Source: Vicinamibacteria bacterium
GTDB taxonomy: Bacteria; Acidobacteriota; Vicinamibacteria; Vicinamibacterales; JAENWD01
Reading direction: 5' to 3'
DNA: 64,000 bases
NCBI GenBank assembly: GCA_963818215.1
Contig: CAWFRL010000007.1
Span: 2,587-66,586, forward strand
The first letter of the stretch is position 1. Each line of letters opens with the position of its first letter. Shown in pieces: positions 46,361 to 58,780 of this stretch. The notes under the pieces were generated by a model, which was not told the origin of the DNA, searched no databases, and saw nothing but the letters and a program-made list of their open reading frames with translations. Made by a program: the position numbers and the translations under genes.

Positions 46361-47050
46361 CTACGCTCGGGCGCGCGCGCGCCGGGGCGCGCGCTCCCGG
46401 TATTCCTCTTCACGGCCGATGCGCGGCCGCAGCCGTTCGCCCTTGTACAGCCACACCTTCACGCCAATCTGGCCGTAGGTGGTGCTGGCTTCGGCAAACC
46501 CGTAGTCGATGTCGGCCCGCAGCGTCTGCAGCGGCAGCTGCCCGTGCAGGTACCACTCGGAGCGCGCGATCTCGGCGCCGTTGAGACGGCCGGACACGCG
46601 CACCTTGATGCCGCGCGCGCCAAACCGCAGGGCGGACTCGACGGCCTTGCGCATCGCGCGCCGGAACGCCACGCGCTTTTCCAGCTGCATGGCCACCGAC
46701 TCGGCGATGAGCTGGCTGTCGAGCTCGGGCTTCTGGATCTCCTGGATGTTGATGAAGACCTCGCGGCTCGTGCGCTTCTGCACTTCCTGCTTCAGCTTGT
46801 CGACTTCCGTGCCCTTGCGGCCGATGATGATGCCCGGCCGGCTGGTGTAGATGTCGATCTTCAGCTTGTTGGCCGCGCGCTCGGTCTCGATCTTGGCGAC
46901 GCCGGCGTGCTGGAACCGCGTCTTGAGGTCCGCGCGCAGCGCGATGTCCTCGTGCAACAGCTTGGCGTAGTCGCGATCCGAGTACCAACGCGACCGCCAG
47001 GTCTTGTTGAACCCGAGCCGGAACCCGTACGGGTGAACTTTCTGGCCCAC
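46361..47050 (-). CDS. rpsC: 30S ribosomal protein S3 (intact, GTG start)
   Basis: [24 protein letters not shown] domain [13 protein letters not shown]. Confidence 0.97.
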   Translation of the reverse strand: MGQKVHPYGFRLGFNKTWRSRWYSDRDYAKLLHEDIALRADLKTRFQHAGVAKIETERAANKLKIDIYTSRPGIIIGRKGTEVDKLKQEVQKRTSREVFINIQEIQKPELDSQLIAESVAMQLEKRVAFRRAMRKAVESALRFGARGIKVRVSGRLNGAEIARSEWYLHGQLPLQTLRADIDYGFAEASTTYGQIGVKVWLYKGERLRPRIGREEEYRERAPRRARARA

Positions 47051-47053
47051 GTC

Positions 47054-47510
47054 CTACTCCTTGTCCGACTTCTTGACGGCCCGCGCCTTCGGCGCGGACG
47101 TTTTTGCCTTCGGCGCAGCCTTCTTGCGAGCCGGCGCCCCGTCGCTGCGCCACCGGCGCCACTTTCACCGGCCGCTCGCTCACGGCCACCGTCAGGTGCG
47201 TGGTGCGCTTGACCACACGAAACGCCCGGCCCATCGGCGCCGGCCGCACGCGCTTTTGCGACGGCCCGTTGTTGGCGTAGCACGCCGAGACGAACAGCCG
47301 CTCGAGATCGCCGCCAAACCCGTCCTTCTGCTGCGCGTTGGCAATCGCCGACTGCAGGACCTTCGCGATGTCCTTGGCGACGGTCTTGCGCGTGAACTTC
47401 AACGTCGCCAGCGCCTGATTCACCGCGCGCCCGCGAATCAGCGCGAGCACCAGCCCGGCCTTCTGCGCCGAGGTGCGGATGTATTTCGCCGTGGCTTCCG
47501 CTTGCACCAT
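47054..47510 (-). CDS. rplV: 50S ribosomal protein L22 with a Lys/Ala C-terminal tail; one frameshift near 47140
   Basis: YIRTSAQKAGLVLALIRGR..., MGRAFRVVKRTTHLTVAV. The tail ...AVKKSDKE-TAG is in a shifted frame. Confidence 0.92.
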
Positions 47511-47562
47511 GTCGATCTCTCCAAGCGCCGGAGCGGGTCCGAGTTCCGGCCCTACGTACCGT

Positions 47563-47853
47563 CTATTTCGCGGCCGGAGCCGCGGCCTTTTCCGACTTCG
47601 CCGCGTGGCCCTTGAACGTCCGCGTCGGCGCAAACTCGCCCAGCTTGTGGCCCACCATGTTCTCGGTCACGTACACCGGGATGAACTTGCGCCCGTTGTG
47701 CACGGCCATCGTGTGCCCCACCATCTCGGGCACCACGGTCGACCGGCGCGACCAGGTCTTGACGACCTTCTTGTCTCCGCCCCGGTTCATGCCCTCGATC
47801 TTCTCGAGCAGCGAGGTCTCGACGAAGGGGCCCTTCTTCAGTGATCTGCTCAT
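47563..47853 (-). CDS. rpsS: 30S ribosomal protein S19 (intact)
   Basis: [19 protein letters not shown]..., [35 protein letters not shown]. Confidence 0.96.
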   Translation of the reverse strand: MSRSLKKGPFVETSLLEKIEGMNRGGDKKVVKTWSRRSTVVPEMVGHTMAVHNGRKFIPVYVTENMVGHKLGEFAPTRTFKGHAAKSEKAAAPAAK

Positions 47854-47863
47854 GGTCGCTCGC

Positions 47864-48687
47864 CTACTTCTTCCGCCGCGTGACGATGAACTTGTCCGTC
47901 GTCTTGTTGTTGCGCGTCTTGTAGCCCTTGGTCGGCTGGCCCCACGGGCTACCGGGTGACGGCCGCCGCTGGTCTTGCCCTCGCCGCCGCCCAGCGGGTG
48001 ATCCACCGGGTTCATCGCGACGCCGCGCACGTGCGGGCGCTTGCCCAGCCACCGGCTGCGGCCGGCCTTGCCGATCGAGACGTTCTCGTGGTCGACGTTG
48101 CCGACCTGGCCGATCGTCGCGACGCACTCGAGCAGGATCTTGCGGATCTCGCCCGACGGCATCTTCACCGACGCGTACTCGCCTTCCTTGGCCACCAGCT
48201 GCACGCTCGACCCGGCCGAGCGCGCGATCTGCCCGCCCTTGCCCGGCTTGAGCTCCACGTTGTGGAGCAGCGTGCCCAGCGGGATGTTCTTGAGCGGCAG
48301 CGTGTTGCCCGGCAGGATGTCGACGTTCACCCCGGCGACGATCGTGTCGCCCACCTTCAGCCCGAGCGGCTGCAGGATGTAGCGCTTCTCGCCGTCGGCG
48401 TAGGTGATGAGCGCGATGCGCGCCGAGCGGTTCGGGTCGTACTCGATCGTCGAGACCTTGCCCGGGATGTCGATCTTGTCGCGCTTGAAGTCGATCACGC
48501 GATAGACGCGCTTGTGGCCGCCGCCGCGCCACCACGAGCTCAGCTCGCCGCGGTTGTTGCGGCCGCCGGACTTCTTGAGCGGCTCGGTGAGCGGCTTGTG
48601 CGGCCGCGTCGCCGTGATGTCGTCGAAGACCTGGACGGTCTGGAACCGCCGGCCCGGCGACGTGGGCTTGTATGTGCGGATGGGCAT
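47864..48687 (-). CDS. rplB: 50S ribosomal protein L2; one frameshift near 47955
   Basis: [16 protein letters not shown]..., [25 protein letters not shown], then (shifted) [28 protein letters not shown]. Confidence 0.94.
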
Positions 48688-48694
48688 GATGCGC

Positions 48695-48985
48695 TTAGGC
48701 CCCCTCGATGAATTCGGGCAACTTCTCGCCCTCGCGCAACCGGACGTACGCCTTCTTCCAGTCCGGGCGGCGGCCGGCGAACCGGCCCTGCCGCTTGATC
48801 TTGCCGCGCATGGTCGTCGTGCGCACGTCGGCCACCTTGCTGCCGAACAGCGTCTCGACGGCGCGCCGGATCTGCACCTTGTTCGCGTGCGTGGCCACCT
48901 GCAGCACCAGCGTCAGGCCGTCCTCGCGGAGGATGGTCGTCTTCTCGGTGACGAGCGGCCGGCGGATCACGTCGGTCAACTTCAT
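48695..48985 (-). CDS. rplW: 50S ribosomal protein L23 (intact)
   Basis: [17 protein letters not shown]... Confidence 0.95.
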   Translation of the reverse strand: MKLTDVIRRPLVTEKTTILREDGLTLVLQVATHANKVQIRRAVETLFGSKVADVRTTTMRGKIKRQGRFAGRRPDWKKAYVRLREGEKLPEFIEGA

Positions 48986-49604
48986 GACGCCAATACCTCC
49001 TGCAGCCGTTCGATGGCCGCGCGCGTCGCCACGACCTTGAGCGTGTCCATCACGTCGCGCGCCGTCACGCGGTTGCTCGGCACCAGACGCACGCCGGCGA
49101 CGTTGCGAGCCGCCAGGCTGAAGGTCGGGTCGAGCTTCACGTCGACGACCAGCGTCTTGCCGCTGACGCCGAGCCCCTTGAACACCGCCGCGGCGGCCTT
49201 GGTCTTGGCCTCGCTGACCGACAAGCGTCGACGACGATGACGTCGCCGTCCTTGAGCCGCTGGCTCAACGCCTCGCGCAGCGCCGCCTTCTCGACCTTCT
49301 TCGGCAACTGGTAGTCGTAGCTGCGCGGCTGCGGGCCGAACACGGTGCCGCCCTTGCGCCACAGCGGATTGCGCGTCTCGCCGACACGCGCCCGCCCGGT
49401 GCCCTTCTGGCGCCACGGCTTCTTGCCGCTGCCGCTGACATCGCCGCGGACTTTCGTGGCGTGCGTGCCGCGGCGCTCGCTGGCGTTCTGCCGCGTCACC
49501 GACTCCCAGATGAGGTCGGTCTTCACGCGGCCGCCGAACACGTCGTCGCGGACGTCGACCGAACCGACCTTCTGGTTCTGCGAATTGACTACGTCTACAG
49601 TCAT
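48982..49604 (-). CDS. rplD: 50S ribosomal protein L4; one frameshift near 49230
   Basis: GSGKKPWRQKGTGRARVGETRNPLWRKGGTVFGP. C-terminal half is in the ORF 48982-49416 frame. Confidence 0.93.
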
Positions 49605-49613
49605 GATTCCATC

Positions 49614-49651
49614 TCAGCCGGCCTCAGGCCTCGAGCCTCAGGCCTCAATCG
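49614..49651. repeat. 7-nt tandem repeat (TCAGGCC-like, 5 units) filling the rplC-rplD spacer
   Basis: tcagccg gcc tcaggcc tcgagcc tcaggcc tcaatcg. Confidence 0.85.
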
Positions 49652-50347
49652 CTACTTCTTCGGCTTCGCCTTGCCCTTGGTCGAGACCTCGGCCTGCGGC
49701 TTGGGCTCGGGCTTGGCCGCAATCGCCTTGCGGATCAGCACGTAGCCATTGGCCGCGCCCGGCACCGCGCCGCGGACGATGAGCAGGTTGTTTTCGGCAT
49801 CGACGCTGACCACGCGCAGGTTCCGCGTGGTCACGCGCCGGCTGCCCATGTGCCCGGCAGCCCGCATGCCCTTGATGACCCGCGACGGATACGAGCTGGC
49901 GCCGATCGAGCCCGGCGCCCGATGGAACATCGAGCCGTGCGTCGCCGCGCCGCCGGCGAAGTGATGGCGCTTGACCACGCCCTGGAACCCCAGGCCGCGG
50001 CTGGTCGCAATCACGTCCACCTGCTCGCCGGCCGCGAAGAGCCCGCCGACCAGCACCTGCTCGCCGGCCTTGGGCGCGTCGGCGCCCTTGGCGACCTTCA
50101 CCTCGCGCCGCACGCGCGTGGGCGGCACGTTGGCCTTCTTGTAGTGGCCGGCGATGGCCTTGTTCACCTTCGGTGCCTTCTCTTCGACCAGGCCGAGCTG
50201 CACGGCCTGGTAGCCGTCGCTCTGCGCGTTTTTCGCCTGCACGACGACGCAGGGACCGGCCTTGAGCACCGTGGCAGGCTGCACCGTGCCGTCCTTGTCG
50301 AACAGCTGCGTCATGCCCACTTTTCTGCCGATGATTCCCGTCACCAT
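49652..50347 (-). CDS. rplC: 50S ribosomal protein L3 (intact)
   Basis: [17 protein letters not shown]..., [13 protein letters not shown]. Confidence 0.97.
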   Translation of the reverse strand: MVTGIIGRKVGMTQLFDKDGTVQPATVLKAGPCVVVQAKNAQSDGYQAVQLGLVEEKAPKVNKAIAGHYKKANVPPTRVRREVKVAKGADAPKAGEQVLVGGLFAAGEQVDVIATSRGLGFQGVVKRHHFAGGAATHGSMFHRAPGSIGASSYPSRVIKGMRAAGHMGSRRVTTRNLRVVSVDAENNLLIVRGAVPGAANGYVLIRKAIAAKPEPKPQAEVSTKGKAKPKK

Positions 50348-50350
50348 GGC

Positions 50351-50689
<339 letters not shown>

Positions 50690-50715
50690 TGCTTGATCCT
50701 TGCTGCAGCTGTCAT

Positions 50716-50775
50716 GGCTTCAGGCTTCAGGCCTCGGCACCTCAGGCCCGGAGGCCCGAAGCCCGCGGCCACGTA
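50716..50775. repeat. 7-nt periodic GC-rich repeat tract in the tuf-rpsJ spacer
   Basis: ggcttca ggcttca ggcctcg gcacctc aggcccg gaggccc gaagccc gcggcca. Confidence 0.7.
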
Positions 50776-50780
50776 GCCTC

Positions 50781-51981
<1,201 letters not shown>

Positions 51982-52006
51982 CGAAGTTCGCTCCGTGTCT
52001 ATGGTC

Positions 52007-52038
52007 GGCGGAACTGAAGTTCCGCCCCACGTACCGTC
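52007..52038 (-). other. box + hairpin element (mRNA strand GACGGTACGTGG-GGCGGAAC-TTCA-GTTCCGCC) upstream of tuf
   Basis: 8-bp perfect stem. The stem differs from the rpsG/fusA copies by paired C/G swaps. Confidence 0.7.
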
Positions 52039-52042
52039 ACAG

Positions 52043-52091
52043 AATCTGCGTAATCCCGAATCGCAATCTGCAATCTGCAATCTGCAATTGC
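52043..52091. repeat. heptamer repeat (AATCTGC)x3 plus degenerate units immediately after the fusA stop
   Basis: aatctgc ... aatcgc aatctgc aatctgc aatctgc aattgc. Confidence 0.9.
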
Positions 52092-54208
<2,117 letters not shown>

Positions 54209-54236
54209 TGCTCGTTTCTTCTCTTACGTTCCGATC

Positions 54237-54288
54237 GCCCGAACTGAAGTTCCATTCGCCCGAACTGAAGTTCGGGCCTACGACGACC
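54237..54288 (-). other. one truncated plus one complete copy of the GCCCGAAC-TTCA-GTTCGGGC hairpin, in tandem upstream of fusA
   Basis: gcccgaactgaagttcc att c gcccgaactgaagttcgggc ctacgacgacc. Confidence 0.7.
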
Positions 54289-54292
54289 TGTC

Positions 54293-54766
54293 CTACCACC
54301 GGTAATGCGCGAACGCCTTGTTCGCTTCCGCCATCCGGTGCGTGTCTTCGCGCTTCTTCACGGCGCCGCCGCGCAGGTTCGACGCGTCGAGCAGCTCGTT
54401 GGCGAGCTTCTCCTGCATCGTCTTGCCGTCGCCGCGGCTGCGGGCGTAGCCGACCAGCCAGCGAATGCTGAGCGAGAGCCGGCGATTCGGGTTGACCTCG
54501 ATCGGCACCTGGTAGTTGCTGCCGCCGACGCGGCGCGACTTCACCTCGAGGCTGGGCTTGACGTTGTCGATGGCCTTCTTGAAGACCTTGATCGGGTCGT
54601 CGCCCGTGCGTTCCTTGATGATGTCGAGCGAGTCGTACAGGATCCGCTCGGCCAGGCTGCGCTTGCCGTCGCGCATCACGGTGCTGATGAACTTGGTCAG
54701 CAGCGCGCTCTGGTAGATCGGATCCGGAACCGGTTCGCGCTTCGGGATTTCTCGTCTGCGTGGCAT
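54293..54766 (-). CDS. rpsG: 30S ribosomal protein S7 (intact)
   Basis: [27 protein letters not shown]... Confidence 0.97.
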   Translation of the reverse strand: MPRRREIPKREPVPDPIYQSALLTKFISTVMRDGKRSLAERILYDSLDIIKERTGDDPIKVFKKAIDNVKPSLEVKSRRVGGSNYQVPIEVNPNRRLSLSIRWLVGYARSRGDGKTMQEKLANELLDASNLRGGAVKKREDTHRMAEANKAFAHYRW

Positions 54767-54784
54767 TTACTTGAATCCTCGAGT

Positions 54785-54816
54785 GCCCGAACTGAAGTTC
54801 GGGCCTACGTACCGCC
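54785..54816 (-). other. box + hairpin element (mRNA strand GGCGGTACGTAG-GCCCGAAC-TTCA-GTTCGGGC) in the rpsL-rpsG spacer
   Basis: Read directly. It sits between the rpsL stop and the rpsG Shine-Dalgarno GAGGAT. Confidence 0.7.
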
Positions 54817-54818
54817 AG

Positions 54819-55193
54819 TTACTGCTTCGGCCTCTTCGCCCCGTACTTCGACCGGCCCTGCTTGCGGCCCTGCACGCCGACGGCGTCGAGCGTGCCGCGG
54901 ACGACGTGGTAGCGCACGCCCGGCAGGTCCTTCACGCGGCCGCCCCGGATGAGCACCAGCGAGTGCTCCTGCAGGTTGTGGCCGACGCCCGGGATGTAGG
55001 TCGTGACCTCGATCTGGTTCGTCAGGCGGACGCGCGCGACCTTGCGCAGCGCCGAGTTCGGCTTCTTCGGCGTCTGGGTGAAGACGCGGACGCACACGCC
55101 CCGCTTCTGCGGGCTGTCCTGCAGCGCCGGGCTCTTGGTCTTCGTCAAAATCTGCTCGCGGCCCTTGCGTACGAGTTGGCTGATCGTCGGCAC
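54819..55193 (-). CDS. rpsL: 30S ribosomal protein S12 (intact; GTG start inferred)
   Basis: [56 protein letters not shown]. Confidence 0.96.
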   Translation of the reverse strand: MPTISQLVRKGREQILTKTKSPALQDSPQKRGVCVRVFTQTPKKPNSALRKVARVRLTNQIEVTTYIPGVGHNLQEHSLVLIRGGRVKDLPGVRYHVVRGTLDAVGVQGRKQGRSKYGAKRPKQ

Positions 55194-55527
55194 GATGGCT
55201 CCACCCACCTCCGGGCGCGACAACGCACCCGCAGGCGACTTCAAAACAAATCCACCCGTGCGACGTTCACGTCAGCACGGTTTGTTCAGGCCTGGGAGCG
55301 CGATGCTCGGCGCCTGAAACGTGGTTACCCTATGAGTTGATTCGAACGACGCGCCCGACGGCGGCCAACGACGGTCGGCGCGCGCAAGACGGTAATTCCC
55401 GAAGAGCGCCTCGCGGCTTTTGGAGCCACCCGCGCTCTCGCGTATCAGGTCCGGCGGGTCAGTGCCACGCCGCCTGTCAGCGATTTGCCCCTAGATAGGG
55501 TGTTCCTAGAGGCAACAGAACCTGACG

Positions 55528-55557
55528 AATATACAGGAACCCGGCCGACGGGGTCAA
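55528..55557 (-). promoter_or_regulatory. sigma70-type promoter candidate for the str operon
   Basis: Minus strand TTGACC - 18 nt - TATATT. This would give an about 330-nt leader before rpsL. Confidence 0.5.
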
Positions 55558-55586
55558 GGCTTGGACGGGTGCATCCCGACGCCCTT

Positions 55587-55621
55587 GATCGTCAATCGTC
55601 AATCTGCACTCGTCAATTGGG
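55587..55621. repeat. 7-nt periodic tract (gatcgtc aatcgtc aatctgc actcgtc aattggg) between the PDZ/TPR gene and the rpsL promoter
   Basis: Read directly. It shares AATCGTC/AATCTGC units with the other loci. Confidence 0.75.
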
Positions 55622-55632
55622 CATTCGGCCCG

Positions 55633-56318
55633 TCACTTCAGACGAGCCAGGGCTCTTGCAGCGAGTGCTTTTACTGACGGGCCGTCTTCGGTGAGTCTGC
55701 CTTCGGCCTGGCTGGCCGACTCCCAGGCCTGACGCGCCGAAGCCTGGTCTCCCTGCGCAAGTGCCGCTTCCCCAAGCAGATACAGCACCGTGCCGGCCGA
55801 GACTCCGGGTCCGGCAGGCAGCGTCGTCTCCTTCAGCAGGGCCAGCGCCGCCGCCGAGTCGCCGGCTCGCAGGAGCGCAGCGGCCAGGTTGAGCCGGACG
55901 ATGGGCTGGAGGGCCGGGTCGGTGGTCGTGGCCACGTGCGCCCGGAGCGCCGCGACGGTGACGTTAGCCGGTTGGAAGCGGTCGCTCGACGTGGCCAGCG
56001 CCGGCACCCTTCGGAGGACACCGGCACCGACCTGGTCTGGCCGGAGCGCGTCCGGACGCCCAGGCTGACCTGCTGACCGGGCTGACGCGATCCGAGCTTG
56101 GACTCCAGGTCCAGCCCGAGTCGACGGCCTCGCCGTCCAGGTGCTCCACCAGGTCACCGGGGAAGAGCCCGGCCGTCGACCGTCACCGCTTTCTTGTCGA
56201 TCTTGACGCCCACCGTGGTGAGGTACTTGTCGGAGAACACGCTGCTCCCGAAACGGGCGACCAGGCTGGTCTTGACGACCGTGAACGAACCGAGCATGCA
56301 GATTTTCTTCTGAATCAT
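55633..56318 (-). CDS. PDZ + TPR-like protein with a Ras/Rab-like N-terminal 45 aa; at least 2 frameshifts
   Basis: N-terminus KICMLGSFTVVKTSLVARFGSSVFSDKYLTTVGVKIDKKAVTVDG. PDZ AGLFPGDLVEHLDGEAVDS..LESKLGSRQPGQQVSLGVRTRSGQTRSVPV. Helical repeat LNLAAALLRAGDSAAALALLK...GEAALAQGDQASARQAWE. The ATG overlaps the upstream stop (ATGA). Confidence 0.6.
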
Positions 56319-58037
56319 GGTTGGGGACTGGCGCCGAGCGGATGGATGCGGACGGCCACGCGCCGGTTCCGCTGCTTGTCGGCCTCGGTGTCGCCGGCAG
56401 ACAGCGGCTCGGCGCTGCCCACTCCTCGCGACTCGAATTCGAGCGCCGTCAATGCGGCGCGCGGCATCGCCGCCACCACCGCGGCGGCACGCTCGCGGCT
56501 CAACGTGAGGTTTCGCTCGTCCGGGCCGTCGGCATCGGTGTGCCCGGTGACGACGACGCGAAGGCGCACGCCCGCCTGGCGTGCGGCCGCGTCGAGGTCC
56601 CGCAGTTCAGCAACCATCGCTCCAAGCGCGTCGTCCTGGCCGGGCACGAGATCGGCCGTGCCGCGGACAAACTGCACCATCGCCGCTTCGAGCCGCCGGC
56701 TGGCCGCCGCGCAGTTCCGCGTTCTGGATGCCCGAGGGATCGAATTGGCGGACGCCGGGAAGCGTTCGCCACAGCAGCGAGGCCTCGCGCACCCACGACG
56801 CGGGAGCTTCACCGCTGGCGACGAGCGTGTCCTGCCGCATCGCGAGTGTCACGCCCGGCGGCGGCTGCAGCACGGCGATGGCGCGGGGCACGGCCATCCG
56901 CGGGTCGAGCGCCTGGTAGAGGGCCCAGCGCCCTTCGACCCGGTTTGGCGAAAGTCCCGAGGCGGCGACAAACGACGCCGGATCGGCCGCCAACGGGTCG
57001 CGCAGGCCCGAGATCACGAAGCGGCTACCCTGACGTCCGGCGCTGACGACGACCAGCCCGGGTTGCGCCTCGAGCGACGCCAGGTACTGATTGAAGCGCC
57101 GCTGGTCCATGTAGCGCAGGCCGGCCCACACCGCCAGCAACGCGAGGACCACGCCGGTGCCGATCCACCACCGGCGGTACGAGATCGGCTTGTCGCTCCC
57201 GCGAAAACGTGATTCGAGGCACTCCTGCAGCACTGGCCGCGTGTCGTCGAAGATCGAGGCGTCGCCCGAGAACCGTTCGAGGTCGGCAGTCTGCTGCAGG
57301 TGAATCGCCTCGATGGCTCGCTGAAGCGTCAGTCGCAACTCATGACGCGGCGTGCCGCGGACGACGACCGCCAGATAGGCGTGGGGCCCATGCTCGGTCA
57401 GGCCGTTGAGTTCTCCGATCCGGAAGAGGTCCAGCGTGTCCTCGGCGCGGACGTCGAAGGAGTCGCGCGCGACGTCGCGGATCGCGGTCAGCATTCCCGA
57501 CACCATGTCGGCATCCTGCGCGGTCACCGCTTCGGCGACGACGTGCTGCAGCAGGAGCCCGGTGTGCGAGTGGATGAGAAACACCTGCTCGACGCGGTAG
57601 ACCAGCGTGTTGAGCAGCACGACCTCGGCAAACGACTTGCCGGTGCGCCAGGCCATGAGACGCCACTGGAGCGCCCGGATCGACACGCTTTGTTCGAGCG
57701 TGCGATTGAGCGAGTCGAGCATCCCGCTCAAGGCGTGCGCGATAGCCTTCCGGATGGCCGGCCCGATCACCGGAAACAGCGCGTCGGCCAGCGGGCGCGG
57801 ATTGCGACGCACCGAGCTGGTGATGACCGCCTCGACCGGCGGCATCAGCGCCTCGGTCAGCCGGCGGTCGTCGCTGCAGTGCGCCAGGGCCTCCGGCAGG
57901 CCATTTGCGAGATCGCGACCCCGGAGAACCGGGTCGTCGAGGCGCGCGCGCAAGTCGGCTATCGCCTTGCGCTCCGGGTCGACCAGCAGCTTCCGCAGCT
58001 CGTCCAGGCCGTCGGGAATCGACGGCGCAGCCATCAC
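56315..58037 (-). CDS. large membrane protein: cytoplasmic conserved domain, one TM, periplasmic OmpA/MotB-like C-terminal domain; one frameshift near 56700
   Basis: 476-aa ORF (LFPVIGPAIRKAI, FAEVVLLNTLVYRVEQVFLIHSHTGLLLQHV, TM WWIGTGVVLALLAVWAGL) continues after a shift into VVVTGHTDADGPDERNLTLSRERAAAV...NRRVAVRI. Confidence 0.75.
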
Positions 58038-58609
58038 ACGCCTTCAGCGGTGGGCAGACGGAGCTGATTGCTCAGGCGCATGGCCATCTCCGTGAAGAGG
58101 CTCGCCAGGGCCGCCCGGTCAGCCTTCTCGTCGCGCAGCTCGCTGGCGTCGCGCGTGAGCATGGCCACCATGTCCTGGTGGCGCTGCAGGATGTCCTCGG
58201 TGAGCTCCTTCTGCAGGTCCAGCAGCTGCTGCCGCAGCTCGCGCTGCGCCTTGGCGAGCTGGTCGTCGATGGCAGCCGTCTTCTTTTCGAACGCCGTTGC
58301 GGACTCGCGTTGCACGACGCCGAGCTCCTTGACGGCGCCCTCACGGCTGGACCGCTCGGACGACAGCCAATCGCCGAGCGACTCGAACTCCTGCTTCATG
58401 AACTGCTCGAGGGAAGCCAGACGCTTCTTCACATCGTCTTTGAGCTCGCCGGTTTCCTTCGCCAGTCGCTCTTCGAGCCGCGCGAAGCGCTTGTCGTAGT
58501 CGCGCATCTGCACGCCGAAGAGGATGTCGCGGACCTTGTCGATGCTGGCGCCGCCAGCCAACGGGTCTGCGCCGATGGTCTCGTCCTGCTTGTCTTGGGT
58601 TGCCTTCAT
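58034..58609 (-). CDS. coiled-coil protein, function unknown (intact, 191 aa)
   Basis: IDKVRDILFGVQMRDYDKRFARLEERLAKE... Heptad-rich throughout. The stop overlaps the next ATG (ATGA). Confidence 0.7.
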   Translation of the reverse strand: MKATQDKQDETIGADPLAGGASIDKVRDILFGVQMRDYDKRFARLEERLAKETGELKDDVKKRLASLEQFMKQEFESLGDWLSSERSSREGAVKELGVVQRESATAFEKKTAAIDDQLAKAQRELRQQLLDLQKELTEDILQRHQDMVAMLTRDASELRDEKADRAALASLFTEMAMRLSNQLRLPTAEGV

Positions 58610-58780
58610 TGTCGCCCCCGGGAGGGGGAGATTACCACAGGCCTGCCGCGCCGAAGCCGGCCGGGCGGAGGCGGGGCCCGGCCTTCGGCCGTGGGGCTCG
58701 CGCCGTTGGCGCGAGGAGGTCGCTCGGCCCGCGGCCTCGCCGGGGGCTTCGGACGTGCACGGAAGTGCACACTCTGGCGG

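Noticed and set aside
55325-55350. GTTCGAATC (tRNA T-loop-like string) in the rpsL leader as a tRNA or tmRNA-like gene
   Set aside because: The flanking bases do not form a T stem, and no acceptor or anticodon arms can be drawn on either strand.
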